DNA of 64,000 nucleotides from Sarea resinae (Eukaryota): NCBI GenBank assembly GCA_026026165.1, contig JAPEUD010000005.1, positions 62,001 to 126,000 of the forward strand, read 5' to 3'. Shown piece by piece: positions 49,406 to 64,000 of this stretch (position 1 is its first letter; each line of letters starts with the position of its first letter). The notes under the pieces were generated by a model. It saw only the letters and a program-made list of their open reading frames with translations, ran no database searches and was not told where the DNA came from. The position numbers and the translations under genes were made by a program.

Positions 49406-51699
49406 AATAGAGAGGAGAAAAAGAAGAGATAACATTAGATAGGATAGACGTTCTATTACTTCCCGTTTTCCTTGCATTTCTTTCTTGGGAGGCCTCGCGA
49501 GGTTGCGATGCATGGCGATCTATCACATCCTGCATTGTGTGCATTATTATTCATTCTGATTTTGGCTTGTCATCATTACCTATCATTTGATAAGAGCTAC
49601 CTTCAGCTAGATAGGCTAGCTCGCAGCTAGGCTCTAGGTAGACGTCTAGGTAGGATATATCATATTAGATATATCAGATATCTGATCATCATTTCCGGAT
49701 ACTACCCATTCCTAGGCGCTTCTGGACCAAACCTGCACTGACCAACACGGTGAAAAGGTACTTTCCCGTCGGTCGTGTCAATCATGCGACAACGAGTCGT
49801 GGGCTTCGATTCACCAGAACTTATGCACGCACGCCCGCACCATCCGATTCCCATGCCGGATGTTTGCTAAGGTACCTACATTACGTTTGATCTTCCTCTC
49901 CCAAAGCTTAATTCTGAATCAGAAATCTTGAACCGCTCCATTATCATTCATCATCACCATCATCATCATCATCATCATCATCATTCATTCATTCATCCTC
50001 AACCTCGCCCCGGCTCTCAGACCCGAGTGCGTCATTCAGGTAAAATGTGCGTCCCCGGGCGGCAGGTATATAAAGACGGCCTACCTACCTACCTACTGCC
50101 TAGGCCCACTGCTTTCTTCTCTTGATCTTCTTTCTCCGGTTTGTGTCACCGGGTGTCTTCTTCTTTTTTCCTTCTTGTATCGTGGGCCATCAGCTTGTTT
50201 GATGGTTCTAGCAGATGGAAACCTCGTCATCTAGGTCCTTATATCCATGTCTTATATACCCTTTTTTGGAAAAAAAAAAGATTGTAAGCTACAGTAAAGA
50301 GGCAAACCTGTTCCCTACGTGCGCCAAAAAAAAAGGACTCCTATAATCCGGCTGTCCGTCCGGGTTATGCCTATCTGCCTCCTATATAGTGCAGCGCTCC
50401 CTACAAAGATCGTCATATGTCTTATACACCTTTTTTCGAAAAGAAAGATCCTTCTGGAAGGGCTTGCTAGAGAACATGTCGTTATGGGACTGCAAGCTTG
50501 TTACTCGTCTACAGGCTGTGAGCCTGGGTGTGTGTCAGGTAGGTGGTCTTTATTAGGCGCTGTCGCATTGATGTAGGTATATACTGATAATATTCTCTAG
50601 TAGCTGTGGCTCTACGATACTACTCTATATATATACTACTATATTTATAGTAACGAGAACAACCGGGATGAAGAGATGAGGCTTCCTCCCTCGGAAATAG
50701 AACGTCCTTGAGCGGCAGAAGCGCGCAGAACGGAAGGATGTTATTGCACGATACTTCCGAAAGGGAAGACCAGAGAGGGTTTGAATCAAACCGCCGGGCA
50801 GGCAGGCAGATCGTTAGTTCAAAAATGGACCATTGCGCTCACAAGAGACAGTATTTTCGATGGGCAGATCTGATGGCAAGAAACAAGTCACCACTCGACT
50901 ACAGATAGTCCTCTCCCTCGGAAGAGACCGAGGGCATCGGCCAAAAGTCCCCCCCTCCCCCTTTTCCGCTCCAAAAGTCAAGAAGGAAGGCTGCTGGAGG
51001 TTCGCTCAAAGATCACTGCTATAGATTTCTCTAAAGCATATCCTACAGAAGGAACTCAACGAGACAATATTCCATGGCCGAAACGAAAAAAATCCCTTCG
51101 TCTAGCTTCCCGGTGTGCCAGGAGGCCTATCAACGTTACCTGAGGCTATGGCAGACAGCGAGTGCAAAAGACAACCATGACACGTCCGGCTAACAAGACT
51201 AAACTGCCACCGGCAACGAGTTGCCGGTCAATTGTATGTTCATCTGCTATACGACATGCTTTTTGGCCTGACTATTATAGCAGCGGCAAGGCTTCCGCAC
51301 GGCAAATACGAGGCCTAGAAAGGGGCCAGACATGCCGAATAACACGAACGCAGGAACAAGGTTCGCTACAAGAAGAAGAAGAAGGAGGAGGAGGAGGAGG
51401 AGGAGGAAAAGGTAGAGGAGAACTTTAAGAGGATACAACAGGGTATTTCAAAGCCAGATAGGCCGAAGACGCAACAGCGTATAGCAGATTAAAACTGCGA
51501 CAGCAGGCTATAGCTGTTAGATAGATAGGAGAAACAACCAGGCATGGCGGCTCACTGCTGGAATATATATATCCATCTACCAGACAGAAGATATAGAGAT
51601 CGGATTTTGCTAAGGGCCCGCGTTGAGGACGCTACTATCCCATCCCGGACGCGGTGACCGACTCGGACGGATTATTGGAACGCATCCATACATGGAAGC

Positions 51700-53280
51700 G
51701 ATGAAGCAGCATTTAATCAAGCTAGAGACCAACCGCTGACGCTGCCAATATTTTGGCCCGTCCAGGAAAAGTCGGATGAGCAGAAAGACGTTAACCCAGT
51801 GGACAAGTTGACCGTGAAGGGATCTAGCTGCGCCAATCCTATGCCAGAACACTTCCTAAACTCTATTGCCAGCAAAAAGTTGGCCACGGACAAGGCTGCA
51901 CTGCAGATATTAAAGAATTGGCAGAGATTCACGATGAGCGAGCGGAAGATCAGTCAGCTGTGTCACAACCACATGAGGGCTATGGCATCCCGCCTTGAAT
52001 TGAAAATTAATTTGTCGGACGAAATTCTGCAGAAACGGTTCAAAGATCTTTTGGACTGTCCAGGGGATTTTTCCTGACTTTCGAGTGGAAAAGGAGACCT
52101 ATCAGTGGTTTATGCGTCGAGCCTGACCAGAGAGAGCAGCAGATGCACGCGGGCTGTATCGACTAAAGATCGAAGATTCCGTGGAGGAGTTTAAACCAAA
52201 GTTTGCCTACATGGAAGCCGTCTTTCTCCTGCAAATTCAATCTAGATGGGCGACAAGTAGGTCTGTTGTCTTAGAGGATGCCTACAAATGGGTCCTAGAG
52301 ATGCCTGATATAGAAGCCAGTATACTCGAGGAGTTTGCAGTGTATGAATACCACCAGAGACGATCTAATAGAAACGAGAACCAGGTTTAGTTAAGGATAG
52401 TGTTCCATTCGCTCCTTGAACAACTCATCAATATAGACCTTTTTCATTACCTTGTGACGGCATACTGCCGGCCGGACCAGGAGATTCGCCTTGTTGCCTA
52501 CCCCTACTACACCAAATCATCGTCTCCGACAGACAAGACGGGCTTTTATCACCTTGATCAGAACGTCAGAAAGTTAGCGGAAGACCGGCAGGGAGTCAAC
52601 ATGGTGCAAAGTGCACTCGCCATCTTGGATGAGGACCGCAATAATTGTACAATGATGCATCTTAGCTGGCATAACATCTTCGATGAATGGTCAACGAGAA
52701 TCAAAGACCGGGACGAAAAGATGTATCAACACAACGGAAAAGTTATGCAGCTAGACTGCAAATGGCTTTGTCGCTCGGCATCAATGATATAAGCTCAAAG
52801 CCGCGATTCTATCACCTGGATTCGCAGGACATTACTTATACCGCAACATGGCAATTTCGGCTCATCGAGAGCAATCGAGACCGCATACAGTGCACTCAAA
52901 GATTGAGATGCCGACTTAGACAACGAAGCGGCGCGGTTACAGAGAATCCTTGACGGTACCATCCGAGGATTGGAATACGACCTTACCTTGAGGTACGTCA
53001 ACTCCTAAGCGCCGCCCTCACGACGTGATCGCGCCAGAGTCAATTGATACCCAAGCACATAATGCTTTGGGGTATGGATCAAGAGGAAAGTCCGAGTCTA
53101 TGGATTTCTGCGACAAACAGACACAGGTCATCGACTTTTTCGGCCATGTCGTCCGCTCCTGGGGGTTTCAGCGACAACAGGAGAGTGTATTTGACGATAG
53201 CAAGAATTCCTACACAAGCTGTATTATCTCTACAAGAAGGACTTACTGATTGGACACGTTTCTACCGGGAAGATGACTGA
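51700..53280 (+). pseudogene. Decayed gene (multiple stops and frameshifts), possibly 2OG-Fe(II)/PhyH-like
   Basis: Chain of protein-like ORF fragments; 52181-52390 and 52400-52792 share a frame separated by one TAG; motif RLVAYPYY...FYHLDQN...NMVQS...NCT. Confidence 0.5.
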
Positions 53281-53471
53281 CTACAAGGATATCAATGAGA
53301 AAGAAGGCGGTTCTAAAGGTGAAGATTAGAAGGTGGGGGGACGCAAGGCGACGCAGTGGGTTTTCAACACTTATACTGCGAGGCGACAAGTTAAAGACGT
53401 CTGCTAGGGGAAAATACGTACGTCGCAGTCATACGATCGGCGACGAAGAAAGTCATGATTGCAGTGAAACA

Positions 53472-53770
53472 CACCATGACTGGGAGATCGGCCAAATGGA
53501 CGTTGAAACCGCCTTCCTAAACAGCAAAATCGACGAAGAAATATCCGTCCAGCAACCCACCGGGTTCGCGGTGGGGAGACGGGTGTGCCAGCTAAATCGT
53601 GCCTTATATGGCCCAAACGTCCGGCGAAGAATTGCCTTGGATTACAGATCGAGAGAGATCGACCAAATAGGACTACTAGACTCCACCAGTCAGCGTTCAC
53701 TGAGCGACTCCTAGAGAGTCGGGGCATGAGAACAGTAATTTCTAGCCCTACACCTATGCTCTCTAACATA
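53472..53770 (+). mobile_element. Ty1/Copia retrotransposon reverse transcriptase relic
   Basis: WEIGQMDVETAFLNSKIDEEISVQQPTGF...VCQLNRALYG, then a frame change to CLGLQIERDR...LHQSAF...LL...PTPM. The intervening YVDD region is missing. Confidence 0.88.
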
Positions 53771-53819
53771 GATGCAGGCAGCGGTGATAATCAGGCGGAT
53801 CCACAGCAGATTACATGAA

Positions 53820-54200
53820 AAAAGAAGCTGAAGATGCTTTGTTTAAATGTATTAGTCTCTACTACCTAGTCTAGATTTTATCTATCTTTTTAAATAAGAG
53901 ATATCCTATACTTTTCTAGGAGAGAAGGCTTTTATACACACTTTCTAGGTAAGGTAGCTAGGTATAGAGTAGCTAGCTAGTCTACTATTACACTATAGTA
54001 GGTAAGGTATTTTATACGTAAGGAAATTGATATAAATTCAGAGAGCTTATAAGTCTAGAGGTAGAAGGACTAGAGAGTATCCTTCTTAGCTAGGTATCTA
54101 TCTATATAGCTTTACTAGCAGGATGTACAGTGCTTAGAGATAAGTGAATTAAGGATCAAGTAAACCTTGTAATTAGAGATAGGTGAGATCTGTATTCATA
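53820..54200. other. AT-rich tract with RIP-like signature
   Basis: Dense TA/TAG/CTA with visibly few CA/TG dinucleotides, directly after the Copia relic (judged by eye). Confidence 0.65.
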
Positions 54201-55097
54201 GAAGAGTGAGAATTGATAGACGAGCCGAAGTAGCCATCCAGGTGGCAAGCGCAACAATCTTGAGGACCTTATGATTCGAGTTGAAATTGAGCGCAATAGG
54301 TCAAGTCACAGTCGTGAAGGTACTATTACTGTGAATCGAATCACTTTGCTGCGCAATATCAATCAGAGCTGGCTACCTTACTCCGTACTATTTTGCCCGA
54401 GCGGTAAGCTATGGCAGTATCGAGGGCGAGCTTTAGGCGGTGAGAGGACTACTGCGTAATACAGCAGCTCCAACTTCCTAGAGCTGCTGACTCAGCTAGC
54501 CACGGGGGTCTCCTGCTTGCTCGATACTTAACCTACCTTAGACAACCCCCACACCCCTGGGCCTACGCAGTAGGTGGGTGTTTCCAACTTCTGGCCAGGG
54601 ACCGTAAGAGGTAACAATTGCATATCCGTACAGTGTACAGAGAGGTCGCATCCATGGATGTGCAGCTCTTGGAGCTTGGTCCGTTTGGTTTGATACCCCT
54701 GTGTCTCTCTCTCCCTCGGCCGGGCGCAGCATCCATGCGCTCGCATGCTCGTCAATGGAGGGGAAGGGGGCAAGCCAGCCAGTAGAGCGTCTCGGAAGGA
54801 CGTGCATATCGCGGGCGCCTAAGCAGGATATGATTCCCGGATGCTCAATTGGTTGGAGGCATGCCATCAATGAAGCATGAGCACAAACATGAATGGATCA
54901 ATGGATATGCTCGATGCCCGTTGCGGGCTTCTTATTCTCGATTTACGCCGAGAGAGACAAATGCGCGAGATAAGAGAAGACGTGGGAAATTGACATGGGT
55001 GACTGACCTGATCTCTTGCATGCGGGGAACTTTCTCCGTGTCTTTCGCTTTCTCTCTCTATCTTCCTCTCTCTCTCATTGCCGTAGGAGGGCTAAAG

Positions 55098-56365
55098 ATG
55101 TCTGGGTCAGAGGTCAAAGGCATCATCACTTCGATCATCGCCGCCTTTAGCAGCGGTCTCGATGTCTTGCGGCGGGTGCGGGAAAAGCGGCGGGTAGGCA
55201 AGAGCTTCAAGCACAACATCGAGCGGCAGGATCCGGACGAGCTACGACTCCTGACATCTATGCAAAAGGGACCAGAGGTGGTACGAGACGAGTATGAGCA
55301 TGGTTTCGCACGAGTGGGCGATACGTTCGCGGCTGGTGATGGTATGTTTAATTGATAATACCTTTTGATCGGTTGATAAAGTACTGATCAGGCTACGAAT
55401 TGGTAGTGGTTGCGCAGGCTTCATTAGCGGGCACCCTGCTGAAGCTGAACACGGACCTTGTCAATATCATTTCCTCGTTCCTCTGCAAGGGCCATGATAC
55501 TACACGGCTTGACTATGCCTCATTGATCGATCTTTCGGAAGGCTCGAGGGCAGAGGCTATCAACTCGCTGAGCCAGCTGTATCAGCGCTTGTCTCAGTCA
55601 TCTGTGATACCCAGAGCCCCAAAGTGTGGTAATGGGGATTGTGGATGCGGGCTTTATGGCAATAGCAATGCCAGCAGCGCATTGATGGCTGGAGCGAAAC
55701 GCCGGCAGTCAGAGGATGCAAAGTTGAGAGCTGGGAATAAAGTAGCTGCGGCATCGAAGAAGAGACCGAAAGGATCGAGGCAGAAGCAAGCTGGATGGGT
55801 CAGGCAGAAAGGCTCGTCTACCTCGTCCGTCGGTCTGGTAAAGTCGCGATCGAATACTCCTCGAACAGCCAGCCGTGTCAACTCACAGCCTGCGCTGAAC
55901 TCACCTCATCCGCCTGACTCGCAACAAGTCTCGCCTCCAAGACGAGTCGCGCCCAAGTCGCAGCATAGCTCCTCCAACAAAATTCAAGGCGACCCCAAAC
56001 CTTTGAGGCCGAAACAGAACAAGACGGTATCGCAAGCGCCCAAGCCAACAGCATCACTCTCTTCATCCAGAAGCCCTGGCCTTTCCACACCTGCAGCAGC
56101 CGTAGACACCCCGCCACCGGCACCCGCTTATCTCCCCCATGCACGAATTGCAAAGCCTCGGCCAGCCACAGTCTTATCTTTTGCTTCAGCTAGCACTAAA
56201 CTGGGCGAAATTCCGGAACGTAGATGGGCAATCCCGCCGGCAACTCAAATAGACTGGAAACAACCTGTGGTCGCGACAGAGCCAGTGGAAGCTTGGCCCG
56301 AAGCCAGATCGAAGGCCAGACTGTTTGGCTGGTTTCGAAGGAATCGTACGGCCCAAGCTGCGTAG
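55098..56365 (+). CDS. Conserved fungal hypothetical protein (2 exons)
   Basis: MSGSEVKGIITSIIAAFSSGLDVL...VGDTFAAGD, GTATGT...TAG intron, then AQASLAGTLLKLN...LSQLYQRLSQS...SFASASTKLGEIPERRW. Confidence 0.8.
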
Positions 56366-57303
56366 GAGTAGGTAATTGCTCTCGAACATTGAGTGTTCTA
56401 TGGGTTGATTGCGAGCCGGGCGAAAAAGCGCAGGGCTCTCTTCCGAGTTTTGATTCCCTGTCCTTAATCTTCAACATTTATTTCTAGGTCTCCACTAGAA
56501 CGGTCTGGGGCGACAGAATGAACTCTGAATTACTCCACCAGGAACAGCAAAGTATGGCATGAGTAGGCGTTGACGCGTCAATGCGATCAGAACAGAGCAT
56601 TAGCAGAAGCACAGACATGTAGCACGTTAGATAGACAACCATCTCAAGGTCATTGAGACTGAAAGACTCCTCGAGGCTGCTCGCAAAAAGGCCGAAGATA
56701 GCCATAAGATTCCATTCAGCTGCATTCGTAAAGTACAGGAAGCGTTTCGACAAAGGATCAGAGTTAAAGCACCCCCTTGAAGCAAGACAAAATCCAGTAT
56801 GACACTCGTGGTCTCATGATGATATGTAACCTCTGCTGATTCCCAAGTCCTCATCAGAATCATATCGACTCTTCAAAGTCAGGCGCCCAGCCATGGGTAG
56901 TCGACTCTTCGCTCAGCGCGAAAACAAAAGACGCCATAGAAAAAGCGAGATTGTTATTATGAATGTTGTATGCTGGCGACATAATGTAGATGGAGAAGAA
57001 AAGAAGAGAAGAGGAAGAAAGTCGGCTGTGAAGGAAGCTTTTGACGTTTCGCCAGGCCGTCACGCTAACCCGAATTGGCTCGCTCGGCTCCGGGGAAGTT
57101 CAACAACCAGGAACGCTGCGATCTGGCCGCAGTGGATGCTGAGCACTTGGACGCATTGGACGCATTATCACCACCTCAGCCCTTGCTTCTTTGATCCCCC
57201 AAGGAACCTGGGCTTCCTGCCTTTCTGCCTGCCCACCTTTGTCTTTTGTCTCTTGGCCTTCATCGCTTCCGTCACTTGACTCTCGAGGCAAGAAGAGCCC
57301 AGG

Positions 57304-59937
<2,634 letters not shown>

Positions 59938-60360
59938 CTGGATAGGGGAGCTGGCTTGTGGAGAGGTTAATATCTTTGAGCAATGCACGTAGAGACAATT
60001 GCCCTTTTAGCAAGTAGCACGCAGACGAATTGATCATGGTTTCTAAACTTGAAGATTCCTCCAATTGTCCATTGCAGGTGATGACGGCACGGGTAGCTTC
60101 GTCGAGGTACTTGAAGCATGCGCTTCACTGTCACCGTAGACCTGGTACCGGTCAAGTGTGAGATTGGTCGAGCGTGATCGTCGTTAGCGTGGTTATGTGC
60201 CAAGACTTTACTCGCTAAGAGCGCACACAGGGCTTGCCCTCTCGAATTCGCTTGAGCATCGACCCAGGTACTCTACTTTGTTCACCTCCCGGCTTGATAC
60301 TCGTCACGGCAAAACCTTCAAGAGCAATAACCAAAGAGATAGACAACCTTCGCACTCGCC

Positions 60361-61100
60361 ATGCGTAAGTATCATCCTTTGGCACCATGGCTCGTCGACG
60401 GCGGCTGATATCTTGTCCTATATAGCTCCAAAATTCGATCCCAATGAGGTCAAGGTGATGTGAGTATCTCTGTGACCCGGAAGAAATCGTCGACACCGAG
60501 GCGCAAACTTGCTGACTTTTGTCTTAGCCACCTGAGGGCCACTGGCGGTGAAGTTGGTGCCTCCTCTGCTCTTGCGCCCAAGATTGGTCCGCTCGGTCTG
60601 TCGCCCAAGAAGGTCGGAGAAGACATCGCCAAGGCCACCGGCGACTGGGTACGCTTTTCCTCGAACGTGCTCTTGAGACCCAGTTCACGATCCTAACAAT
60701 CACCTACAGAAAGGTCTTCGTGTGACTGTTAAGCTCACCATCCAAAATCGTCAAGCCGCTGTCTCCGTTGTCCCCTCCGCCTCCTCGCTCGTCATCCGTG
60801 CTCTCAAGGAGCCCCCGCGAGACCGCAAGAAGGAGAAGAACATCAAGCACACCAAGTCGATCCCTCTGGACGAGATCATCGACATTGCGCGAACGATGAA
60901 GTTCAAGTCGCTGGCCAAGGACCTGAAGGGCTGCGTCAAGGAGATTCTGGGTACGGCGTTCAGTGTTGGCTGCCAAGTTGACGGCCGGAGTCCCAAGGCT
61001 ATCAGCGATGATATTGAGTCTGGTGAGATTGAAAGTATGTTGTGCTCCAGTAATTGCTCTCGAGGTTCCTACTGACGAATTGATAGTCCCCGAGGAATAA
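60361..61100 (+). CDS. rpl12: 60S ribosomal protein L12 (uL11), 5 exons
   Basis: Spliced [68 protein letters not shown]...GEIEIPEE*. Confidence 0.98.
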
Positions 61101-61849
61101 ATAATTCAATTCGCTTCTTCTCGCCACGTTTATGCTTTCCATATCATGTACGACCTATATTGAACGTGAACTCCATTCATGACCGCTACGCCTCCATGTC
61201 TCATGTCTCATATATCCTTTGTCTTGTTTTCTCGTGAACGTGATACCTCTCGTATCTGTCTCCGAGAAACCTTTCCAACAGAACTGGCATCCTCTCATTG
61301 CCTTGATCTGCTTCCAGATGTCCCACAAATCCCACAAACAAAATGTTCCACACTTTGCCAACACTCTGGCCCTTACCTCCTTACCTCTCGCGGTCTGGAA
61401 AATAAGAACAATGGTTCGGGCCTATTTTGGTGCAAAGAAGATGATATTCCCTCGGGGAAGACGCACTACTCACCGCGGCATTCCCTGCTCTTCGGAGATT
61501 GTGGGTGCGGAGGTCCATCTTTTCGTCGCCGACATGTCTGAGATATGGCCTGCTTTAGTTAAATTCAAACATCGGACTAGCTGAATCGGAAATGTTGCAT
61601 GTTTTAATAAGTTCTATACGTCTGCAGTGAATCACGAATGGCATGGCTTGATTTCCAACGCAGTGTGCTGAGATCATCATTCTTCTAACAGCTATTGAGA
61701 AAGAAAGAAATATGAGAACAACCATCCGTTAGTAGGCGATTTGAAAACACCTGATGGCCGTCTATCGAGAATTCGAGGTGAGAGTGCTTCGTACTGGGAG
61801 AGCTGCTCTACGTGCTTTTCGGCAGGACTTGAGGCAATGAGGCACTGAA

Positions 61850-63518
61850 CTAATCCACGTCCATAGGGCCGCCTTGATCAGCCGCAGCTTCAGCGCTGGG
61901 TCCGTCGGCTTTATCATCGTCATCAGAGTCGTCGATGACAATGGGCGAGTCGATATTAGACGCCATCTTAGTCGAGTCGGCATCTGCAGGTATTTGGTCA
62001 GAAGGGTATCGCATTGCCGATTCTCTGGGGCTGACGGCTGACTTACCACGCTTCTTGCCCTTCTGCCCCCTACCGTGAGTCTGGTATCCCCACTTGGCCT
62101 TCTTCCAGGTACGACTCTTCTCCTTGTCTGCCTTGCTGGACGAGCCATCGCCGCCTGGGTAAGAGAGATCCGGGTGGGTGTCCTCGGAAGCATCCGCAGC
62201 CTCAGCGCGCTTGTTTTGCCGGACCATAAGATCGTCCAGGGCACGCCCAATGCCGGAAGATTCTGGGTCGGCAGCCAGGCCTCGCTTTATCAAGAGCTTC
62301 TGCCATGCCAGCGAATGCTTCCCGATCGGATCCACCTTTGGTGCCGGGTACTTCTCAATCTTCAATCCGGACTGTCTGGCGCGATCCTGCAAGCGGCTGA
62401 CGTCCTCGTCACTGATCAGGTTGTATCCCATTGTCTTTGCCAAAGCGCGCAACTCTCGGAGCTTCAGAGGCTCGTCCATGTCAACGAACTCTCCATCTTC
62501 CTGCTCCACGAGCTCCTCGCCAGGCTCTTTCAACCTCGCTCTCTCCGCCTCACGGACATCGTCTTCAGCCTCATGCAAAGTACTGAAAACCCCATCAATC
62601 AGCTGTTGGGCGCGGTCTTCCTCGTACTGATCTAGATGGCGTCGGTAGAGATCGTTTTCGAGCTCGAGACGACGCACATATCCCTCGGAGACCACCATGA
62701 GGTTATCTTTCTGCTCAAATTCCAAGAGAGCAGCCGAGAAATGTGCTTTCACTTCTTTGAGATCCTGAGCCATCTTTTGGGGTGATGTCTTTCTCAGCGT
62801 TTCGCGCTCCTCGGGTGTCATGTGAGGAAGTGTTTTTGCCATGAGCGCAACATGGTCCTCGTCATTCACATCAATCCTGTCGCCGTACGCTCTCTCATCT
62901 CCTGTTGAACATTTAGCAGATGCGCCATTGTCCTAGCAAAGCCAACTGCAGGTGGTATTTGCTCGAGGATCACGAACGACGTCCACCTAACGCCCTGTCC
63001 ACGGTCCCAGCAACAGCCACAGACGAAACAGAAAGAAACAAGGACTCACCGAGTCTGGTCGCCCCAATGCGTACGTCCATAGTACCGCTAGGTTCACCCC
63101 CAACAAGTCCCACGAGTCCTTCCCACTCCTTCAATTTAAAAACGCAAGTCAACAAGACGCCGAACCTCGTCAACTCGGCTCTCTCTTGTCTCGTCTTGAT
63201 TGTCTCTTTCTTTCTCGGCGGGCCATCACTATCCTCATCCTCATCTCCATCGTCCTCATCTTCGTCTCCGTCGTCATCTGGCAGCCACATGATGTCGGCC
63301 CCCTTCCATTTATGATTGGCCTTCAATAGCGGTTTGTATTGGTTGGCAAAAACTTCCAAATAACGGAATGCTTCGACAAAGGCAGCGCCCTCACGAGTGC
63401 GGATCGAAGCTCCGGCTAGGAATGGTCCAGGCGATTTCATACCCACACGTTGGGGATAGGGTATGGAGGAGGAGAGTGCGGCGGGTGCCGAGTGAGAGGG
63501 ACGACGGATTGGCGGCAT
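61850..63518 (-). CDS. Hypothetical protein with acidic tract and coiled-coil (exons 63518-63050 and 62901-61850; possible further in-frame intron near 62046-61985)
   Basis: GTGAGT donor at 63049 and GCTAA...CAG acceptor at 62902 join the 62970-63518 and 61850-62869 ORFs in frame. No family recognised. Confidence 0.65.
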
Positions 63519-64000
63519 TTTGCTGCTGGTGGTTTGGTTATTATACAGGCTGTATGATATGACAAGGCAGAGAGGTGATTGATACTGAATCTACTTACTG
63601 TTTAGGATGTCTCGATATGCTTTTGTTCTTTTTTCTCTTTTACTCGCTCTGACTTACCTTTTCGGTGTGAAGTTGAGATGACTTGGAAAGAATCAGCGTG
63701 AGCTCAGCACGACAAAGATGATATCTTCGATCAAAGTTAGCCAACAAACTTCATCTCTCATCATTTTTTTTCTTACCTCTGCTCTTCAATGACACTCCTA
63801 CCGTTCTCTTGCGAACTCAGAAAGCCCGATATCAAGGACCCAGACGGGGATGAGAGCAGTTCGAGATCCGACCTCTCTGTGCTACTGCCCTTACGAACTT
63901 ACTATCAGATGTCCAAGTTCGAGAAGCTGGATCGAGATAGAGGGTATGATCTAGTATGAGCTAAGATGAGAGTGTGAAAGCGTGTGTGGTTTCTGAACAA

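Noticed and set aside
49945..49995. Poly-His ORF 49928-50125
   Set aside because: Translation of a (CAT)n microsatellite with a non-ATG start.
56740..56865. Minus-strand CTGATGA...GAAAC (hammerhead-like core) or box C/D snoRNA
   Set aside because: Stems I-III do not pair properly and no convincing rRNA-antisense element precedes the CTGA. An Infernal/Rfam scan would be needed to support it.

Overview
Eukaryotic DNA from a filamentous ascomycete (Pezizomycotina-type genes, short GT-AG introns with CTAAC/CTGAC branch points, microsatellite-rich intergenic DNA, RIP-like tracts). Most ORF-track entries are spurious or exon fragments. Recognisable housekeeping genes are an LRR protein, PP1 (glc7/bimG), calpain palB, rpl29, a LisH-WD40 protein, a Myb-like protein, qri7, agc1 (aralar), sec23 and rpl12. 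The standout is a compact four-gene island at 13.5-23.8 kb between PP1 and palB. It has (1) a 323-aa protein with no signal peptide, made of an uncharacterised HRHF-motif domain fused to a tandem 16-aa repeat (SGHPAP[LD/SF]GVEAARRC, six full copies plus one partial), (2) a UstM-like SAM methyltransferase, (3) a UstT-like MFS exporter and (4) an ABCC transporter. This looks like a fungal RiPP-type cluster with a fused enzyme-precursor and no UstYa/DUF3328 gene, possibly an undescribed class. Other accessory items are an AbiEii-like nucleotidyltransferase, an APH-like kinase with an in-frame stop flanked by degenerate direct repeats, and a decayed gene, Copia RT relic and RIP-like tract at 51.7-54.2 kb. 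Family assignments come from motif recognition, not database searches.
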